A stretch of 40,000 nucleotides of DNA from Symbiopectobacterium sp. RP (GTDB lineage: Bacteria; Pseudomonadota; Gammaproteobacteria; Enterobacterales; Enterobacteriaceae): assembly GCF_050472005.1 (NCBI RefSeq), contig NZ_JBGOGS010000001.1, forward strand, positions 1,279,935-1,319,934, in the 5' to 3' direction. The translations under genes were made by a program, and so were the position numbers. This document shows, piece by piece, positions 35,542 through 40,000 of this stretch. The notes under the pieces are model-generated. The model saw only the letters and a list, made by a program, of their open reading frames with translations. It was not told the DNA's origin and searched no databases. Every line of letters begins with the position of its first letter. Within the stretch, counting starts at the first letter, position 1.

Positions 35542-37275
35542 TCAGTTGCCAGACAGATACGAAGTGATAGTAGCAGAGTCAACGCCATGTCCATTTGTCA
35601 TAATAATTTTAAGATTTTTGATTAATTCATGCTTGAAACTATCGGATTCCAATAAGTGTTTATCGACCCAATATCGATAGGGATTATCTTTAACACGCCC
35701 TTTTACTTGTTCCAGGAACTCACGTGTATGGGCAAAATCTTTAAATAGTTTTCTAACCACTCCGCCATGGTTTTTGTTTGATTTTTTATAATTCTCTATC
35801 GAATTTTGTAAATCAATAGGGTGGTTACCTATGTTTAGCGTTGTAATTATATCTTGAGTTATTCTCATAAATACTGGTTTTGTAAATCCATTATTATTGT
35901 TCCAATATGTGTCATCAGGAGGTAAATTATATAAGAATTCAAAAATCATTTGATCTGGAGGAAGAATGCTTGGAAGCAAGCATAAGCTTCTCTCTTTTTT
36001 TGCTTTTTTTTGCATTATCACTGTTATCGAGAGCAACATCACCGTCTAAGATCACTAGGCTTTTAATAGTAAACTCAGGAATTTTTCTTGCCATTAAATC
36101 TAAGATAGCAGTACAGCTAATATTTATATTTCCTAATGTGTTCAATATTTTGTTTATTTTTCTATTATTTATCAATTGCTTGAAAAAATCGAAACCTTCT
36201 TTATCTTCAAAATAAACGTTAGCTTTTGGAAGGCTAATCTCATCATTGATTTTTACAGTTTCAACATGCAAATCAGCATTGATATCAGCCCAAGATAGAT
36301 TATCCTTTGTTTTTATATCACCATAAGTGTCTGTTAGGTATATTGTTTTAAATACGTTGGCATCTTGTTTAGAACGATTGAAAATACCTTCAATTATTAA
36401 TGGTGAGTGAGAAGTCATGATTATTTGCAAATCATATTTTTTAGCTGCTTTAGCTAGGATGTTAATTAATTCTAACTGAGCAGCAGGGAAGAGGCCTGCG
36501 TCCGCTTCATCAATTAATAAAATACCTCCATGATAATCAGCATAAAGTTCTTTCAGCCTTTTAAATGAAAATATTGCTTGAATTAATTGTCCTACATTAT
36601 CTTCACCAACAGAAACTGATTGGTGGTCATAATTATCGCCATGCACGACCATTGAATCAATCGTCCCTTTCGTGGCTGTTACTGAGCACCCATTATTTTT
36701 AAGTAAGAGTTGATTGCTCATTATTCTTATATCATCAGAATTTTCATTAAGATACTGAACATCCCTTGTTGAGTAATCAGTTCGGAGAGTAATAGGGAGA
36801 AGCCTGGCTAAGCTTAAAAAAATAACAGGATGGGTGACATTTCTACTTTGGTTTTTCCCTTGAATGGAATCATTACCCCTGACTATTGGCCTTGATTTAT
36901 CCCTGTCACTGTAGTCATATAGACCCAATGTTAGCTTTTCAAGATGTTTGTTAGATGCGCCATCATAAACACTAATTCTGACTTCCATTGAACCAGCAGT
37001 ATCAAATTTTTCTGAAAGTCTAAAATGTTCACTGAAAGCTGACTTGAAGCTGCCATTAGTTAATGTCTTATATTGTGTTAAATCAAACTCGGGGTTCTTG
37101 GACAAGTCTTTTGTAAAACTAAAAATCTAGGCGACAATACCAAGAATTGTTGATTTAGAAGTGCCATTTTTACCACAAATAACAGTTAGGCGAGAACCAA
37201 ATTCTATATTTATATTTTTTAGTCCACGAAATTTTACTACGTTTATTTTTTTAGTTTGGTTATTGGATTTGCCAT
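35542..37275 (-). pseudogene. OLD-family / PARIS-like ABC-type ATPase plus TOPRIM-like nuclease gene (~575 codons) with three disruptions
   Basis: ATG 37275 (GAGG upstream). Walker A GKNGTSKST, Walker B ILLIDEADAGL, TSHSP. C-terminal YFEDKEG and VILDGD (Glu plus DxD). Frameshift at A7 (37246-37252), in-frame TAG (37127-37129), frameshift in A8/A7 tracts (35995-36011). Confidence 0.65.
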
Positions 37276-37332
37276 GTTTGTACCTCGTTCCATGAAATGG
37301 ACACAAATTGCGGCCAATAATTCAGACATGGA

Positions 37333-37690
37333 TTATATTGTTATCTTCTTCAGGCTTGTTTGTCCATCATATTCCTTCAGATATGAGCCGTAGTGACGGG
37401 AAAGCATCTCTGGTCATTTATGTCCCATTTGAGTCGCAAGCCAGAACAAGTTTGTCCCCTGACTGATATGGCTTGTGGCGAATGTATGCCTGGTCTGATA
37501 TAGGTTTCTGTATCGAATACCTGCCTTTCGCAATGTAGGAACCCATGCTTTTTTTCTAATTGCGTCAGCACTGGCCCATGGTTTGTTACTTTTTGGATCT
37601 TCGAATATCGTTTCATCCTTCATAAAAGTGAAGAGTTTCTGGCTGGCTAGAGCTGCCAATGCCTCTTCAGTCAGTTCTACCTGAAGCTAT
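37333..37690 (-). pseudogene. Tyrosine-integrase 3' fragment with an in-frame TGA
   Basis: AWVPTLRKAGIRYRNLYQTRHTFATSHISQGTNLFWLATQMGHK, then TGA (37414-37416), then PEMLSRHYGSYLKEYDG in the same frame (R, H-x-x-R and Y-type catalytic region). The N-terminal two thirds are absent. Confidence 0.75.
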
Positions 37691-37752
37691 CGTGCTCAGA
37701 GAGATGCAGCAGATGCTTGAAGAAAGCACGCAGCAGCATTACGGTGTGATGA

Positions 37753-37850
37753 CCCACGCGCTCGAAAAATGGCAACAGGCTAACGTTAGCCAGTTCCTTC
37801 AGCGCCACTAATCACTAATCCCGCCCCGGTAACGTGCCGGGGTTCCATTA
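37753..37850 (+). repeat. ~98-bp direct repeat, copy 2 (right border of the island)
   Basis: Second copy. Here it is preceded by more of the same reading frame (..MQQMLEESTQQHYGVMTHALEKWQQANVSQFLQRH stop at 37809-37811). Confidence 0.85.
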
Positions 37851-37877
37851 TCGTTTTAACCAGCGAGGTATATCTGT

Positions 37878-38627
37878 ATGCAAAATTTAACCATTGCACA
37901 AACAGTAACCATGTCCAGCCGTGAGATTGCGGAGCTGACCGAAAAGCAGCATAAACACGTGCTGGAAGACTGCCGCAAGATGTTCGAGGCGCTCAATATT
38001 CAATCGGAGGACTTTTCCGCCGATTACAAAGACAGCAAAGGACGCACCTATCAGGAGTTTTTGCTTGACAAAGACCTGACAATGACGCTCGTCATGGGGT
38101 ACAGCATTGAGCTTCGCCATAAAGTCGCCAAGCGCTGGCGTGAGCTGGAAGAACACGCCAAGACCCCCGCTATCCCGCAAACATACCCCGATGCACTGCG
38201 CCTCGCTGCCGAATTAGCAGAGGAAACCCAGCAGCTAAAACTGATCAACAAAGAGCAGGAAGCAGAACTCCACGACCTCAAGAGCCTGTTCAAGGAGGGC
38301 ATGACCCCGACCCAGTTCTGTAAAATGCTCAACGGCGTCAATACCCAAAAGGTTAACGGCTGGCTCGCTGAGCGCCACTGGCTACACAACGAAAGCCAAT
38401 CCGGTACCCGTTGGCGGGCAACATCCTACGCTCGCGACAGATACCTGACTGAGCACCAGCATCTGATTGGCGTTCACGGTGCCGACGACTTCATTAAATA
38501 CCAGCCAGTATTGCTGCGTAAAGGTGCTGAACGCCTCTACGTCCTTTACCGCCGTGGCAAAGTGCCCATGAAACTCAACTGGAACGGCGATTTTACCCAC
38601 CAGAAGCACGTCAGCCTTGCATCGTGA
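37878..38627 (+). CDS. Rha-family regulatory protein (249 aa)
   Basis: N-terminus MSSREIAELTEKQHKHVLEDCRKM is Rha-type. C-terminal half is possibly ANT-like (TQFCKMLNGVNTQKVNGWLAERHWL). Confidence 0.7.
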   Translation: MQNLTIAQTVTMSSREIAELTEKQHKHVLEDCRKMFEALNIQSEDFSADYKDSKGRTYQEFLLDKDLTMTLVMGYSIELRHKVAKRWRELEEHAKTPAIPQTYPDALRLAAELAEETQQLKLINKEQEAELHDLKSLFKEGMTPTQFCKMLNGVNTQKVNGWLAERHWLHNESQSGTRWRATSYARDRYLTEHQHLIGVHGADDFIKYQPVLLRKGAERLYVLYRRGKVPMKLNWNGDFTHQKHVSLAS

Positions 38628-38639
38628 GAGGAGCAACGA

Positions 38640-38849
38640 ATGAAACCTAAAATACCTAACAGGATAAAGGAGCGGGAGAAGCTATTTAAACGCTTATACC
38701 GTGAAGGACTTATTCATGCAAAACGCATACGACGAACCGGTTATTTATCAATGCGGCTTTCTCACTACTGGCGCATGTTATCCAAAGATAACGGTCAGAG
38801 TTGGAAAACCATGAGTCACGCGACATACGACACCCAAATAGCAATATAA
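38640..38849 (+). CDS. Hypothetical basic protein (69 aa)
   Basis: GAGGAG upstream. Family not recognised. Confidence 0.45.
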   Translation: MKPKIPNRIKEREKLFKRLYREGLIHAKRIRRTGYLSMRLSHYWRMLSKDNGQSWKTMSHATYDTQIAI

Positions 38850-38864
38850 AAACAGGAGCACCCC

Positions 38865-39026
38865 ATGAATTATGCATTCGCGGGTCATGCTGCCCTCATG
38901 GGGAGCTATCACCCGCAAGAAACCCACCTGGATAAATGGGTTAAATGGCTGCGAAACGGATACCGAAAGCTTATCGCTATCCTCGAACAGCAAGGCAAGC
39001 CTCTACGACCTGCATCAGTACGTTAA
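38865..39026 (+). CDS. Hypothetical protein (53 aa)
   Basis: Hand-translated: MNYAFAGHAALMGSYHPQETHLDKWVKWLRNGYRKLIAILEQQGKPLRPASVR. AGGAG upstream. Confidence 0.4.
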   Translation: MNYAFAGHAALMGSYHPQETHLDKWVKWLRNGYRKLIAILEQQGKPLRPASVR

Positions 39027-39144
39027 CTAAGGCTGTTACAGCCTGAAATCCCCTTCACCCCCGCATTTCTTCGATTGGTCATTCCCCCGCCTGCCCGCCG
39101 TCATGACGAACGGCGCAGTGGCTTAATTTTAGCAGAGGTCAATT

Positions 39145-39384
39145 ATGGCATACATCACCTTATCCGAGTGGAATCGGCGGCAACCCCGTCCGCGCTGTAT
39201 GGAAACCGTCAGGCGATTGGTCAGGAGCGGAATGATTTTTCCCGCACCGATACGAGATGGGCGCGAGTATCTGGTTGAGGAAAATGCCTGCAAGCTCACC
39301 CAGAATAAAAACCTTCGCTCATCAGGTTACCTTCATCCCGCCCTGTTATCGAGGATAAAACATGGCACGCCGGAGAAGCCATAA
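39145..39384 (+). CDS. xis: Excisionase, lambda Xis type (79 aa)
   Basis: ITLSEWNRRQPRPRCMETVRRLVRSGMIFPAPIRDGREYLVEE parallels lambda Xis (LTLQEWNARQRRPRSLETVRRWVRECRIFPPPVKDGREYLFHE). Confidence 0.9.
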   Translation: MAYITLSEWNRRQPRPRCMETVRRLVRSGMIFPAPIRDGREYLVEENACKLTQNKNLRSSGYLHPALLSRIKHGTPEKP

Positions 39385-40000
39385 GAACCGCGATTTGCCG
39401 CCAAACCTGCAACCGCGCAATGGCGGCTATTTTTGCTACCGCGACCCACGCACCGGAAAAGAATATGGCCTGGGCCGCCATCGACAGGAGGCCATTACAC
39501 AAGCCCTCGCCGCTAATATGGCGATTTATGGCTCATCAAAACCATCACCGCTCGTTGACCGCATCAACGACACACAGGTGACCACAGTTAGCGAATGGAC
39601 TGAACGCTATCTGACGATACTCGAAGGACGGAAACTCAAGCCGACAACGATGAACGAGTACCATAAATACCTGAAGGCCGTTAATGCCCATTTAGGGGAA
39701 TTTGTTCTTCATAAAGTAGAAACCAAAGACATTGCCTCGTTCCTTAATCAGTGGGTAAACGCAGGGAAAGTGACAATGGCGAACTGCATAAGAGCGTTGT
39801 TACGTGACCTGTTTCGTGAAGCGATTGCTGAGGGGGTATTCAAAAGCAATCCAGCCGAAGCTACGCGCAACCAGCGTGTAGACATTCAACGTGAGCGCAT
39901 AACCCTGGACGCGTGGAGGCTCATACGCAAGGCCGCGGATACCTTACCTGCATGGGTCGGCCCCTGCCTTGACCTTGCTTTAGTCACCGGTCAACGTTTA
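39362..40000 (+). CDS. int: Integrase, lambda Int type; N-terminal 213 codons, continues past window end
   Basis: MARRRSHKNRDLPPNLQPRNGGYFCYRDPRTGKEYGLGR parallels lambda Int MGRRRSHERRDLPPNLYIRNNGYYCYRDPRTGKEFGLGR. LRDLFREAIAEG and LALVTGQR also match. Overlaps xis by 23 nt. Confidence 0.92.
   Translation, partial: MARRRSHKNRDLPPNLQPRNGGYFCYRDPRTGKEYGLGRHRQEAITQALAANMAIYGSSKPSPLVDRINDTQVTTVSEWTERYLTILEGRKLKPTTMNEYHKYLKAVNAHLGEFVLHKVETKDIASFLNQWVNAGKVTMANCIRALLRDLFREAIAEGVFKSNPAEATRNQRVDIQRERITLDAWRLIRKAADTLPAWVGPCLDLALVTGQRL

Noticed and set aside
35939-37105. Treating the 388-aa and 166-aa ORFs (and the 49-codon piece at 37127-37275) as separate genes
   Set aside because: The Walker A motif is on the upstream piece and Walker B with the TOPRIM-like motifs on the downstream pieces. 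The frames join at homopolymer tracts and one TAG, so they are fragments of one gene.

Overview
Internal 40 kb slice of a mosaic lambdoid prophage or phage with a P22-type virion module; several proteins closely match P22 gp1, gp2, gp3, gp4 and gp26 as I remember them. No database search was possible, so all family calls rest on recalled motifs, lengths and synteny. The minus strand carries the PR programme, read from high to low coordinates: cro, cII, Rha/ANT, an O-like initiator with internal ori iterons, and a DnaB-type helicase. Next comes a convergent plus-strand rexA-rexB cassette, then the nin region (NinB, Dam-family MTase, NinG-like, small HTH), an 82/QuuD-type Q with a PR'-like promoter, and an immI-like Arc/Mnt/Bro-N switch. 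Stacked terminators follow, then holin, SAR endolysin and overlapped Rz/Rz1, then three monocistronic antirepressor-type units (KilA-N, an 83-aa Ant N-domain, Bro-N). The strand ends with terS, terL, portal, scaffold, coat, gp4, gp10, gp26, the gp14 slot, gp7, gp20 and a partial gp16. The plus strand carries a short cI-like repressor without a peptidase domain, OL/PL, an N-like antiterminator, small ea-type genes, RecT plus a YqaJ-type exonuclease, a 3.8 kb AT-rich island, a second Rha gene, xis and a partial int. Main hunt results: (1) an unrecognised 172-aa coiled-coil plus zinc-ribbon gene with its own terminator, antisense inside the PL leader in the cI-N accessory slot. (2) An island flanked by ~98-bp direct repeats carrying a tRNA-Lys-like 3' fragment, an integrase 3' fragment, an OLD/PARIS-like ATPase-TOPRIM gene and a Dam-like MTase, all disrupted. 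(3) A two-gene cassette flanked by 61-bp repeats that replaced the 3' end of N. (4) rexAB uncoupled from cI with its own near-consensus promoter. (5) A repressor without a cleavage domain alongside six antirepressor-family genes. Two of these share a conserved ~75-nt leader.
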